NCBI GenBank assembly: GCA_963783575.1
Contig: CAWAOD010000014.1
Span: 128,001 to 192,000 of the forward strand
Direction of reading: 5' to 3'
Source: an uncultured Spirochaetota bacterium
GTDB taxonomy: Bacteria > Spirochaetota > Brevinematia > Brevinematales > JAOACQ01
DNA: 64,000 nt
A program made the translations under genes and the position numbers. Shown here one piece after another: positions 10,979 to 21,835 of the stretch (positions within the stretch are counted from its first letter, which is position 1; every line of letters starts with the position of its first letter). The notes beneath the pieces were generated by a model. It searched no databases. It saw only the letters and a program-made list of their open reading frames with translations, and was not told the DNA's origin.

Positions 10979-11527
10979 AATGGGGGGATTTATTGCGCTT
11001 CATTATGCTTTTTCACATCCGGATATGTTCGTTAAAGTTGGCGGTCATCAGCCGGCTCTTTACCTTGACGCCAGCCTTGTTACTTTTTTATATCAGAAAT
11101 GGGTTTACTCTGATGAAAGTATCCATAGCGTCCGTGATCCTTTATACCTTACCCGGATAATGAATCTGAAAGGGCTTAAAGTCTACATTGACTGTAGAAA
11201 GAACGACCACTTCCGGTTCTATGAAAACTGCAAAGTATTATTCGATACCCTGCAGTCGAGAGGCGTCGAATCTGAATATCATATGTTTCCAAGGGATCAC
11301 AACCAGGCTTATCTAGAGGAAAATATTGAGAAATACCTTTTATTTTATGCAGGAATTAAATGATTTCACAGTAATGCTGCATAGAAATGAGATTATGTAA
11401 ATATTAGGCTTTATACAGATAAGGAATCGAAGCAACTTAATACAGCATTATAATGTAAGGAATTAACCGTTGGTTTCGGTATATTGCGTCTAAAATTAGA
11501 TAGCATAATTTATTATTAGGAGAAACT

Positions 11528-12115
11528 ATGGATGAGTCACGATTTCAGAAACAACTAGATTTTATCTTTGAGGTAGATAAGGTAAAATCTATCTTTAGAA
11601 AAACAAAGTTATTCAATGGTTCACGCTTTGAAAATGATGCTGAACATTCTTGGACAATTTGTTTAATGGCTTTTCTTTTAAAAGAGTATTCTAATTTTCC
11701 AATTGATATTGAGAAAGTTGTTTTTATGCTTATTATCCATGATATTGTAGAAATTTATGCAAATGATACTTTTCTATATTCCGTAGAAAGGGATATGGCC
11801 CATAATAAAGAAGAATTAGCAGCAAAACGTATCTTTGGAATGCTTGATTTAGACCAAAGTAAGAAATTCTTAGATATTTGGTATGAGTTTGAAGAAAGAA
11901 AAACAAATGAAGCCAAGTTTGCATCAGTATTTGATAGAATAGAGCCAATACTACAAAACTATAAGACAGAAGGAATCACATGGAAAAAACATGGAATAAG
12001 AAAATCTCAAGTAATAGAAAAGAATAAACATATTGAAGAAGGGTCTAAAGAGATTTGGGGATTTGTTCTGAAACTAATCAATATGTGTGTTGAAAAAGGT
12101 TATCTTCTAGAATAA
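11528..12115 (+). CDS. HD-domain phosphohydrolase (YfbR-like)
   Basis: ENDAEHSW, IHDIVEI, DRIEP motifs. Confidence 0.88.
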   Translation: MDESRFQKQLDFIFEVDKVKSIFRKTKLFNGSRFENDAEHSWTICLMAFLLKEYSNFPIDIEKVVFMLIIHDIVEIYANDTFLYSVERDMAHNKEELAAKRIFGMLDLDQSKKFLDIWYEFEERKTNEAKFASVFDRIEPILQNYKTEGITWKKHGIRKSQVIEKNKHIEEGSKEIWGFVLKLINMCVEKGYLLE

Positions 12116-12184
12116 TAAACAAAAGCGGAGACTGTTGCAAAGTAATAAATGAATCAGCCATAAATTGCCTATTGGAAGGTTATA

Positions 12185-12840
12185 ATGACGAAAAAGGAAT
12201 ATAAAAACATTAAAGGAGGTGTAAAATACTCATATAATATTGTTGCTGAAAAATATCATAAATTATTTTATGATGAATTGAAAGGTCATGATTGTGACCA
12301 ACAATTATTGGATAAATTTGCAAAAGAGTTGCCAAAAGGCTCGATAATATGTGATATTGGCTGTGGACCATCTGCCCAAATGGGAGGCTATTTATTTGAA
12401 AAGGTTACAATGTCGAAGGATTAGATTTCTCCGATAACTGCATTGAAAATGCTAAGACAGTATATCCAAATATGAGATTTCATAATTCAGATATGACAAA
12501 TACAAATTTACCAGATAATTACTATGATGGCATTATATCTTTTTATTCATTATTCCATATACCGAAAGAATATCAAAATGAAGTTTTCATAGAATTTTAC
12601 AGAATATTAAAACCAGGTGGAAAATTACTTTTAATGAATCACAAAGGTTCTGAACGAAAAACAATTGAACAAATATGGGGGTGTAAAGGGTTAAAATTAT
12701 TCATTAATTTTTCATCAGAAAATGAAATTGAAGAATTATTGATAAATAATAAATTTATTATCAACATTATAGAATCAAAAAAAGCATATTATGATTTTCC
12801 CGCAGAAAGAATTATTGCTCTTGCAACAAGTTATATATGA
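12185..12840 (+). CDS. Class I SAM-dependent methyltransferase (frameshift near 12400)
   Basis: DIGCGP motif I in the first frame; FYSLFH and RILKPGGKL in the second. Confidence 0.8.
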
Positions 12841-13146
12841 CTATCAAGTGTTTTTATCAAAAAGCAAACCTTCTTGATAAAACAATTGTGACCATTTACA
12901 TCTTGTCATTTATTGGAGCCACTTATAATCATATAATCGATTTAATTAAAGGCGGGTTGTTTCCATATTAGAGCTGGTCTATGGTTCTATTTAGTAATAA
13001 TGATATCTGATGTGGCAATCAATTTATTTTCTAATACTTTCTATTGGAAAGTGCTGTTAATTCACCAGCCAGCTTTAATAATGCAGATAATATTCCTATT
13101 ATTTCTTATCTTTAATTTTAAGAGAATTTATAAGATTGCTAGATAA
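12837..13146 (+). pseudogene. Small membrane protein remnant
   Basis: IYILSFIGATYNHIIDLIKGGLFPY*, then in another frame RAGLWFYLVIMISDVAINL...; looks internally deleted. Confidence 0.5.
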
Positions 13147-13275
13147 AATACTTCACTTTGTATAAATTTGCACAATGTCACTAACTCTAGTTAATTGTGA
13201 AGTGCCAATAATAAGTTATATATTTCAGGGTTTTTCTTTCCGCCATATTGGGGGTGGGATGGAAGGGGGGGGTTA

Positions 13276-14630
13276 CCCATAAGCGCTAACTTGTTAAGGA
13301 AAAATATTCCACAATTTGCATTTTTCTTCTTCTCTTTTTATTAATAAGTCCTCTGGAAATTCTTATCCAATTTATAAAAATACCGGTAAGCGAAAGGCAT
13401 GGAATAATTACTCTCTGCATTTCATGAAGCATAAATGCAAATTCACGCCAACGGCTTACTATCCCTGCCCTGATTAATAATATCATAACCCCAGGGGGAA
13501 AAAGTCTGGGCTTGCCAGATAAGTTTTTCGTTTAACAGGGCCACAAACAATTTGCCATACAGCCAAGCCTTGGAACTTTCATCTGTATATTTAGGCAAAT
13601 GCCCAAGTTCCGCAAGTTGCTTAAAACGTTTAAATACTAATTCAACCTGCCATCGTAATCTATACCATCGCAGTATTTCTGCCGGCGGAAAACTTGACTC
13701 TTCAAAAGTTGTGAATACAATCACAAACTCCGCATATATTAGTGTCTCCGGTTTTAACTTCTGACTCTTTTTTATAGCATGCTTTTTAATACGTTTGTGA
13801 GCCTTAAGAATAGCTTGTTCAGATTTTCTTATAACACAAACTCTACCGGAAACAGTGGTTTTATCAGGGCATTGTAAATGAACATTCCATGAACATGCTT
13901 GTCCCGATTTCGAAACTTCTGATAATCTATCCAGCCAATTAAATGGCTTACCGGATGAATCGCTAACTACAACATGATGAGGGCTGATGCGGACCAATAG
14001 AGAAGCTTTCTGCTCAACGGCAAACTTTATTCCCGGAGCCTGACCATAACCTCGATCACCTATAATATAATCACCCGGTTTCAAATCAAATTGTTTAAAC
14101 GACTCACCCGTCCCTATACCGTTCATTTGAGTTACGCGAAAGTACTCACACTTGAATGTAGGTAGTCTAAGACTGTAATGAACCTTCCATAAACTTCCCG
14201 TCCTTCCAGGTTCTTTAACTACAGTAGCATCAAGAAGGCGAACTTCAAATCCATCTTTATTTTCCAGTTTCACACCTCGCTCCTCAAATAAACCTTCACA
14301 TAATGACGCCAACCAATCCGAACTCTTTCTTAATCGCTTCAGCAAGGCAACATCAGATAAATCTGCTAAATTGGCTTCACGAGCCCTTACTACTGTTTCT
14401 CTTAGAGAAAACCCGCCAGCCAGATGAATCAAAAGGGTTCTGAGCAAGTCCTCCTCAGATTTGCACTTACGCAATCCCCTTAATGCACCCGTTTCCTTTG
14501 CCTTTTCACGCCAACCTATTGGAAACATTGAAACTAAAATATTCCAATCTTCATTAATCATAGCCACCTCCATATAAATATTATAGCTATGATTTGTAAA
14601 AATATCAAGAATCAAGTTAGCGCTTATGGG
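13276..14630 (-). mobile_element. IS4-like insertion sequence
   Basis: Perfect 18-bp terminal inverted repeats CCCATAAGCGCTAACTTG / CAAGTTAGCGCTTATGGG flanking a DDE transposase. Confidence 0.92.
13443..14561 (-). CDS. IS4-family DDE transposase
   Basis: LLDAT, IGDRGY and YRLRWQVELVFKRFK (YREK signature); start at 14561 or 14573. Confidence 0.92.
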   Translation of the reverse strand: MINEDWNILVSMFPIGWREKAKETGALRGLRKCKSEEDLLRTLLIHLAGGFSLRETVVRAREANLADLSDVALLKRLRKSSDWLASLCEGLFEERGVKLENKDGFEVRLLDATVVKEPGRTGSLWKVHYSLRLPTFKCEYFRVTQMNGIGTGESFKQFDLKPGDYIIGDRGYGQAPGIKFAVEQKASLLVRISPHHVVVSDSSGKPFNWLDRLSEVSKSGQACSWNVHLQCPDKTTVSGRVCVIRKSEQAILKAHKRIKKHAIKKSQKLKPETLIYAEFVIVFTTFEESSFPPAEILRWYRLRWQVELVFKRFKQLAELGHLPKYTDESSKAWLYGKLFVALLNEKLIWQAQTFSPWGYDIINQGRDSKPLA

Positions 14631-14863
14631 GGCATGCCCCTTTGTCCATTTTATAGCCCGTTTCTGGAAGGGAATCAGAAAGCATAAAAATATCGGCTAA
14701 AATAAGATTAAGGCTACTGTTTGGCGTTGGTTAATACTAAAACACGATAGATTTTACAGGAGGTTACTGTCGGCTTTTTGTATAAAAGTTTTCAGAAAAT
14801 CGGCTGGAATCTGATTTTATATTAATATCGAAGGGATTTTGGAAAGAAAACCGGATTTTGACA

Positions 14864-14892
14864 TTGACAGGAATGTTTCCCGCTATTATAAT
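14864..14892 (+). promoter_or_regulatory. Consensus sigma70 promoter
   Basis: TTGACA-17 bp-TATAAT exact match. Confidence 0.75.
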
Positions 14893-15039
14893 AAAATAAT
14901 CTCTCAAATAGGGTAGTGTTCGGAGTTATTTGGGAAATATCGGTTTAAATCCCAATGTAAGCCGCCCGGATTCCTCCAAACGGCTTTTTAAAATCAAGTA
15001 AAAAGCTGTGCTTTATGAAGTAAAAGACAAAATTTACTT

Positions 15040-15068
15040 TTGACAAGGCTATTATTTCGGGTTATAAT
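15040..15068 (+). promoter_or_regulatory. Consensus sigma70 promoter
   Basis: TTGACA-17 bp-TATAAT exact match, ~110 bp upstream of the ATG at 15179. Confidence 0.8.
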
Positions 15069-15178
15069 TGCTTTGGTGGCAGAGAGGTTCTCAATAATGG
15101 CAAAGATAACGAGTCATCTGGGAAATCTCGGTTTATTGTCAAATGATCTCACTGTAAAAATTAAAAAACGGGGGCAAC

Positions 15179-16579
15179 ATGAGAAATATCTTGTTATTTT
15201 CGTTTATTTTGATCGTTTCCGGATTCTTTATCACCTCTTGTTCTTCGTCACCAGTTTCTTCATCTTCGGGTTCATCATCATCAGTAATATCTGCTCTGAG
15301 GTATCCAGCATATCCGGTTACAAATTCCATTTCCATAACAATCCCTGCAAATGTCATTAGTTCACTTAGCCCGCTTTTCTTCGGAAATAATACACCCATT
15401 ATTGGAGATCCATCAGTGCCGGGGTCGGAATCGTTCATCAAACCTCTTAATATTAAATTTCTTCGCGCGGGTGGAGCAACAAGCGACTTGGAAATCCCAA
15501 ATCCAATCGACTCAAGCTATTTGGATTTCATTGCTAATTATTGTTCTGCTATAGGCGCAGAAATTTTGCTGCAGGTGCCCCTTGTCAGTTCATCAAATAT
15601 GGCGGCAAGGGTTGCCAGGGCGATAAATATACTTTCTTACTATATTGATACAAATCATTATCCTATTTCATGGGTCGAAATAGGAAATGAATCGGATCTT
15701 TACCCATTATTTGCAACTAACAGCGATTTGACTAATTGGAATATTTATATGAATAACTTAACAAATGTCGCCGCTGCGATAAAAAGCAGATACCCCTCTC
15801 TCAATATTGTTGCTCCTGATCTTTTTTGTAATTATCTTAATCCCGGCAGTGATGATCTGACATTATGTTTACAAAATTGTGGAAAGTACATAAATGCGGT
15901 CTCCGTTCATTACTATCCTATCCCGGGCTGTGCAACGTATGATTGGGTAACGAATCAATTTGATTGCATCACAAATATATATTCTATTCTTTCGAACACT
16001 CTTACAACCTATGGCCAGGGCCAATTTCTGATTAACGGCGAATGTAATATTTTCCCTGGCGATGAAACCATGATTGAGATGGGGGAAGCTTCTATGGGAA
16101 CATATGAAGGGGGGTTATGGATGGCTGATGTGCTTGGAATATCAAGTTTGCAACCTAACTTTCTATCAGTAATGCCGTTCGCTGCCTGTGCAGGTTGGGG
16201 ATCTACTGGAAATTTTATAGATTATACATCAGGTAATTCCCCCAGACCTATATATTACATATACGATTTATTTTCAAATCATGCCCTCTCGAATATGATT
16301 CTGTGTATAAAACCGACAAATGATATCCGAATTTACGCATATAAAGACGTGGCAGGTAATGTAAGTGTTTATTTTGTGAACTGGAATAGAACAGTCCCAT
16401 ACTTTGCGACTTTCAATTTTTCCGGAGGACTTCTCAATAATACTAATATTACATATACCTTTGTACCTTTGTCGCTGACATGCCTTTTTATTTCGGCGAA
16501 CTTATCCCATAACATCTCATATACTTATACTTCAGTTGATGCCTCGGTGGGTTATGGTATTGAAACAAACAATTTTTAA
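15179..16579 (+). CDS. Lipoprotein glycoside hydrolase, clan GH-A-like
   Basis: Lipobox FITSC, Ser-rich linker, FLRAGG, EIGNE (acid/base), SVHYYP, GECN (putative nucleophile). Confidence 0.7.
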   Translation: MRNILLFSFILIVSGFFITSCSSSPVSSSSGSSSSVISALRYPAYPVTNSISITIPANVISSLSPLFFGNNTPIIGDPSVPGSESFIKPLNIKFLRAGGATSDLEIPNPIDSSYLDFIANYCSAIGAEILLQVPLVSSSNMAARVARAINILSYYIDTNHYPISWVEIGNESDLYPLFATNSDLTNWNIYMNNLTNVAAAIKSRYPSLNIVAPDLFCNYLNPGSDDLTLCLQNCGKYINAVSVHYYPIPGCATYDWVTNQFDCITNIYSILSNTLTTYGQGQFLINGECNIFPGDETMIEMGEASMGTYEGGLWMADVLGISSLQPNFLSVMPFAACAGWGSTGNFIDYTSGNSPRPIYYIYDLFSNHALSNMILCIKPTNDIRIYAYKDVAGNVSVYFVNWNRTVPYFATFNFSGGLLNNTNITYTFVPLSLTCLFISANLSHNISYTYTSVDASVGYGIETNNF

Positions 16580-16642
16580 TGCTGTAAAGGATACGAAAAA
16601 AATCTGATCTACTCGAAAAAATGTCAGAAATGGAGACCGATC

Positions 16643-17637
16643 ATGAATATGCATGGCAGGAATTTAATATTATCGTTGATTTTATTTGCCGCAGTATCAG
16701 GCTGTTCCATCTCTCCCGGTAATACCGGGGCTCTTCAGGTGGCTCTGTATTGCCCGGCTTGCACTGGTCCATGATATCGCTTCCATGCTATGCCGGATGG
16801 ATCTCGGTTGTCTACGGTAACGGAAGATTCGTAACGGTTGCTAATGGGTCACAAATAGCGGCGGCTTCAACCGATGGCATAAACTGGACAGCCGGAACTC
16901 TTCCATACAATGGATTCTGGCAAAGTGTCGCTTACGGTAATAGCGAATTTGTTGCTGTTGCAGATTTTGATATAAGAACTGCTGAATCTTCTGATGGTAT
17001 AAACTGGACCACCTCTTTTCTTCCTGCCATCTCGAGCTGGTGTTCCGTTACTTATGGCGGCGGCGAATTTGTTGCTGTCAGTTACAGCACTAATATAGCC
17101 GCAGTATCGCATGACGGATCAAACTGGACCCTGGAAAGTCTTCCTGCAAATAACGGGAGCGCCTGGAATAACGGCTTCACCGGATGGAACACGATTACCT
17201 TCGGTAATGGTGTATTTGTTACGGCCTCAGATTACAGCTCATCTGTAGCGGCGTCGCATGACGGATCAAACTGGGTTCTTCAGAATGTTCCAGCTACTGA
17301 TTACTCGATAGACATGTACATTACTGTCATATACGGGAACGGGATGTTTGTATGGCTTGCCAGTGGAATTGAATCTTCAGTATCGCCTGATGGGGTAAAT
17401 TGGAACTCACAGTACAACCTTCCAGGCTATATGGGCTGGTGCAATCTCGCCTATGGTAAGGGAGTATTTATCGCAATCGCCAATGGTAGCAGTCAGGCTG
17501 CAGGGTCATTCGACGGGCTTACTTGGACGGTTCGGACCCTTCCGTTAAACGCGGATTGGACATCAATTGCATATGGAAACGGAACTTTTGTACTGGTCGG
17601 TGACGGCATGTCGACTGCAGCGGTATCGACAAATTAA
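16643..17637 (+). CDS. Lipoprotein with repeated beta-propeller-like units (frameshift near 16728)
   Basis: Signal peptide/lipobox VSGC from ATG 16643 lies in a different frame from about seven W..VAYGNG.FVAV...S.DG.NW repeats. Confidence 0.7.
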
Positions 17638-17908
17638 ATAAAAGGTGACGGTTTTTACAAATACGTTTTATATTTAGGGCTTGCTGAAAAAGTCACAACT
17701 CATTCACAAATAATGAAATATAATAATAATCGAGCTATAATAATGCAAGCAAAAAGAGGGTTTTATTTAAAAAACCTTGCATTAGGTGATGTAAAATGTA
17801 TATTGAGAATAAATTATACAGATTGAGATATTATATTTAATCGGGTAATAATATGCAAGACTAAGAAGTTATTAATCAAGAAAATATTGAGCTTGTTAAA
17901 AAAACGTC

Positions 17909-18465
17909 GGACTGTTGACGAACACTCTATTTATCCTTAAAATAATAGATTAAAACAAGGATAAAACTATGCTAAAAAAGAAGAACATGGAACAAAAAAT
18001 ATTCTATAATTATGATCTGGAATCTTTTATACCGGCAGATCATTTTCTTAGAAAAGTTAAGGAATACATATCTTTTGAATTTATCTGTGAGAAAGTGAAG
18101 CATCTTTATAGTCAGGGCAACCTACCATTGATCCGGTTGTATTGATAAAAATGCTCCTGATTGGATATTTTTACGACATTAAATCAGAACGAAAGCTTAA
18201 GAAAGAAATCCAGGTCAACCTGGCCTACAGATGGTTTATCGGATATGATATAGACGAAAAAATCCCTGATCATAGTGTCATATCTCAAACCCGAAGGCGA
18301 AAATTTAGCAATAGCGGGATATTCCAGGAAATATTTGATGAAATCGTAAGAAAACTCATAGATAAGGGACTTGTTGAAGGCGATACGATTTTAACAGACT
18401 CAACGCATATAAAAGCCAACGCTTCAAAAAGGAGTTTTGTGCCGACAAAAGAATACCTGGAAAAT
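17909..18465 (+). mobile_element. IS1182-family transposase 5' remnant
   Basis: IR-like GGACTGTTGAC; ATG 17969 IPADHFLRK...IDPVVLIKMLLIGY..SERKL..NLAYRWFIG..PDHS..DSTHIKANAS; frameshifted and truncated. Confidence 0.85.
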
Positions 18466-18800
18466 CTATGCCGCCTTCATAATTTTCTTCTTTTCAAGGA
18501 GGCGTGCCTTTCTTTCCAGCCTTCTTATATGTTCCTTGCAACAAAGGACAAACTGACATACCGCTTAAACCTAACTATTCCGTGATCAAGACATCTGTCC
18601 AGACCATGATTTTCCATGGCGCTGATTCCTGACTCCACGGCTCTGTGCGCTCGTCTTGCCGCACGGTACTCCTTTGTATTTTCATGCTCCTTTTCATCAA
18701 CCGTGAGCTTGCCTTTCCTTGTCATAATCAGTTTATCCACCATTTTTCCCAGTTTGCTCTTGTTTTCAGGACTATAAAATACTTTATCGTAGCTGGCCTG
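18466..18800 (-). mobile_element. ISNCY/IS5-like transposase 3' remnant
   Basis: SYDKVFYSPEN...RRAHRAVESGISAMENHGLDRCLDHG..FKRYV C-terminal motifs. Confidence 0.7.
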
Positions 18801-18827
18801 TCTGATATTATTAAATACTCACCCCGT

Positions 18828-20042
18828 TTATTTTTCTTCTACCGCCTTTCTTTCGCCCTGATGGTTATTTTTACTTTTTACCGCCAGAACAAGAAATGGG
18901 ATAATAAAAATAAAAAATATGCAAATAAAAATTATACCATATTTAGCCGTAAAAAAATCATTCATTACCCCTGTTATAAACGAGAGTAAAGAAGATCCTG
19001 ATGCATTCACAATTAAAATAATACTTGTTGCAACTTCCAAATCCTTTTTAAAATCCGCAGTTACCAGATTTTGAATGGCCGGAAATATGATGGAAAAAAA
19101 GAATCCGGTAATAGAAATAAAAATGTCGATATTTGATAATCTGATCCTGAAAATCAAACCGGCTATTAAACATATCATTGATAAAAATAATACTACCATT
19201 AATAATTTCAATTTATCCATCCTGTGAATAATCAATACCCCGAAAAGCCGACCAACGCAATACAAAATAAAAAATACAAGCATGGTCATTGATGAGTAAG
19301 TAATGCTAAGATTGAAACCTCTTTCTAAAAATGTCGGTACCCAGCTGATCAGGCAAATTTCCAATCCCCCATAAAAAAAAACACATATTGAATAAAAGAT
19401 CATTTTTTTATTGAATATTAATGAAAAGAAAACGTTGGGATCCATATTATTTGCATCTGTTTTAAAATCCTTTACCGGGCGATAACTGGAAAAAAATAAA
19501 ATAAAAGGAATTATGGCAAATGCAATTCCTAAAAGAAAATAAATATGTCTCCACCCAAGATAATATTTAAATAAAGAACCGCTTAATAATACCAATGAAG
19601 ATCCCAATGAATAGATGAAATGGATCAAAACCACTGCATTGTCCTTATATTTCGGTTTTATAGAATCAAATGAGTCAATTATAGAAATGTTTGCTCCGGT
19701 TCCAAAAATAAATGAACCTAATCCCATAAATAAAGAAAAGATTAAAAATAATAAATATGAATTTGAACAGGGTATTAATAAGAAGGAAATAAAAACAACG
19801 GCACTTGAAAAAATTAATAGAAATTTTTTATTAACAGATGTAAAAATATATCCAGAAAATAAACTAACTATAAAACCGGGTAAAGCGGTTATCACAATCA
19901 TCAAACCGCTGGTTGTATAATTTATATTAAAATTATCTTTTATCTGAGGCAGTAAAAATCCTCTAATTGCATTAAAACAACCAAGAATCAAAAAATAATA
20001 GTACCCGGCGAAAATAAATAATAATAACTTTGGATTATTCAT
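18828..20042 (-). CDS. MFS transporter (FucP/TsgA-like)
   Basis: About 12 TM helices; FYGGLEICLISWVPTFL and GR motifs. Confidence 0.85.
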   Translation of the reverse strand: MNNPKLLLFIFAGYYYFLILGCFNAIRGFLLPQIKDNFNINYTTSGLMIVITALPGFIVSLFSGYIFTSVNKKFLLIFSSAVVFISFLLIPCSNSYLLFLIFSLFMGLGSFIFGTGANISIIDSFDSIKPKYKDNAVVLIHFIYSLGSSLVLLSGSLFKYYLGWRHIYFLLGIAFAIIPFILFFSSYRPVKDFKTDANNMDPNVFFSLIFNKKMIFYSICVFFYGGLEICLISWVPTFLERGFNLSITYSSMTMLVFFILYCVGRLFGVLIIHRMDKLKLLMVVLFLSMICLIAGLIFRIRLSNIDIFISITGFFFSIIFPAIQNLVTADFKKDLEVATSIILIVNASGSSLLSFITGVMNDFFTAKYGIIFICIFFIFIIPFLVLAVKSKNNHQGERKAVEEK

Positions 20043-20545
20043 AAAATAGTCACCTTTTAATAATTATTTGAAAGGGTGAATTATTATTAAATAATTAATA
20101 CGTTTTTACATACTAATCAATATATTTTTGCTATATGAGTGAGGGGCAAATCCTCCTGATAGGAAATTAATAGTTCCATTGAAGTATTGTACATAAGGGT
20201 AGAAAAAACCGCAAAATATCGCCGTGTTTTCCTTGATGATTATTCGAATCTGGATTAAAAACCTGAATGCGTAATCTGCATTTTCCATCCTTGTTACTGT
20301 TTACGTATTGTCAAAAGTTTTGATTTAATAATACTTTATCTATATCAAATCAAAGCAAATATAGTATTCATGCCGACCTCCCCCCATTTTTGGCATGCTT
20401 CAAGTATAATTTGTGTTTCTGAACAGTCCCTAATTTCAAGGACTGTGAGGAAATACAAATTTATATCTATAATTAGAAAATTTAGAATTCAATATTTTTT
20501 TCATAAGACTTTTGACATTACCACTGTTTACTCATTACTTAGATA

Positions 20546-21508
20546 TTATAATATCATCCGCCAGTAATCGATCATATCATGCAGAGTTTGAGTTAATGTG
20601 TATTTCTGCACCCAGCCCGTATCCCGAATTAATTTTGAAGAGTCTCCATAAATAATCGGCTCGTCTGTTTTTCTTAATAGTGCGGGATCAATTTTTATCT
20701 CGAAATTTATATTCATATAATTTTTAATAATTTCAATTATTTCAGAGATCTTATAAGTTTTCGCCCCACTTATATTATATACGTCTCCATACTTTCCTTT
20801 TTCCGATAATAAAATTAAAGCTTCGACTAAATCTCTAACATCAGTTAGAGCTCGGATAGTATTGAGATTCCCAACCCTTAAGATTTTATTTCCGTCATTA
20901 GCCATTTCGATTTCGACAGCACGCTTTGTAAAGTCTGAACACACATCATTTATCTTTCTGGTTCCTGTAGTATTGAAAATTCTTGCCCTGACCGTCTTTA
21001 ACCCGTCATTCTTATAATACTGAAATGATAAAAGATCTTGTGCGACTTTACTTACGCCATACGGATGAAGCGGGAGAAGCTGAACATCTTCAGATATTGG
21101 GGCATTAGTTTTAATTAAAGATTCCCCATATTCGGCACTGGAACATGCTACAACTATTACCGGATCATAATCCTTAAAACTTTTTTTTATCAATTTTACC
21201 GATTCGAAAACGTTAATTGTACCGTTCACATTGATATCGATTGTTTCATCCGGCCTTTCCCATGAAACGGTCGGGTAACTTTGTGCGGCTAAATGAAAGA
21301 TCACATCAGGTTTAATATCAAGTAAAATTCCGTAAATACCATGAAAATACCTTACATCGCATTCGATAAAATTAACTTTATCCACTATTTCAGAAATATT
21401 TGTAGTTGGTTTATAAAAAGTTCCTATCGGTTTAATTCCATTTTTATGATAATATTCGACCATATGGGATCCGACCATTCCGCAAGCACCGGTAATTAAG
21501 ACATTCAA
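20546..21508 (-). CDS. GDP-mannose dehydratase / GDP-4-dehydro-6-deoxy-D-mannose reductase (Rmd-like extended SDR)
   Basis: ITGACGMVGSH, HLAAQS, SSAEYG, PYGVSK (YxxxK), VGNL...DVRD. Confidence 0.88.
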   Translation of the reverse strand: MNVLITGACGMVGSHMVEYYHKNGIKPIGTFYKPTTNISEIVDKVNFIECDVRYFHGIYGILLDIKPDVIFHLAAQSYPTVSWERPDETIDINVNGTINVFESVKLIKKSFKDYDPVIVVACSSAEYGESLIKTNAPISEDVQLLPLHPYGVSKVAQDLLSFQYYKNDGLKTVRARIFNTTGTRKINDVCSDFTKRAVEIEMANDGNKILRVGNLNTIRALTDVRDLVEALILLSEKGKYGDVYNISGAKTYKISEIIEIIKNYMNINFEIKIDPALLRKTDEPIIYGDSSKLIRDTGWVQKYTLTQTLHDMIDYWRMIL

Positions 21509-21835
21509 AATCTTTACTCCTCAAAATATCAACTATCTAAATATATTTAGGATAAAATTATCTGAAATAATAGTCAAATAACCAAGGCAATTTATGAGTT
21601 TATGAGATTCACAAGATATTCTGCAACTGTTATACGAAAAGCAATACGAATTTATGTGTTTTTTATAAAAACTTTTCTGTCATTTTTTTGAGATTATTCC
21701 AACCTCTCATTATAATTCTTCCTATCAGTTCATCGTCGTAATTATCATCACATTTTTGGAAAATAAATTTAAGAATGGCTGGCAAGAGCCAGGTAATAAG
21801 TCTTCCGCCGCCTTTAAAAAGGAGTGTGACGCATT

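Larger units (their letters stand above)
8575..11363 (+). pseudogene. Esterase (alpha/beta hydrolase) interrupted by IS21
   Basis: YENYFFKELIPYIESNY...IGGNSM before the IS and GGFIALHYAFSHPD...HNQAY after it; removing the IS restores GNSMGG; the 5' part of the gene appears missing. Confidence 0.85.

Noticed and set aside
11363..13260. HD hydrolase, methyltransferase and membrane protein as integron cassettes
   Set aside because: No attC-like RYYYAAC...GTTRRRY palindromes or integron integrase could be identified
14900..15150. Firm cobalamin riboswitch call
   Set aside because: Only fragments of the consensus are present and the downstream gene is not B12-related; kept only as an unknown motif
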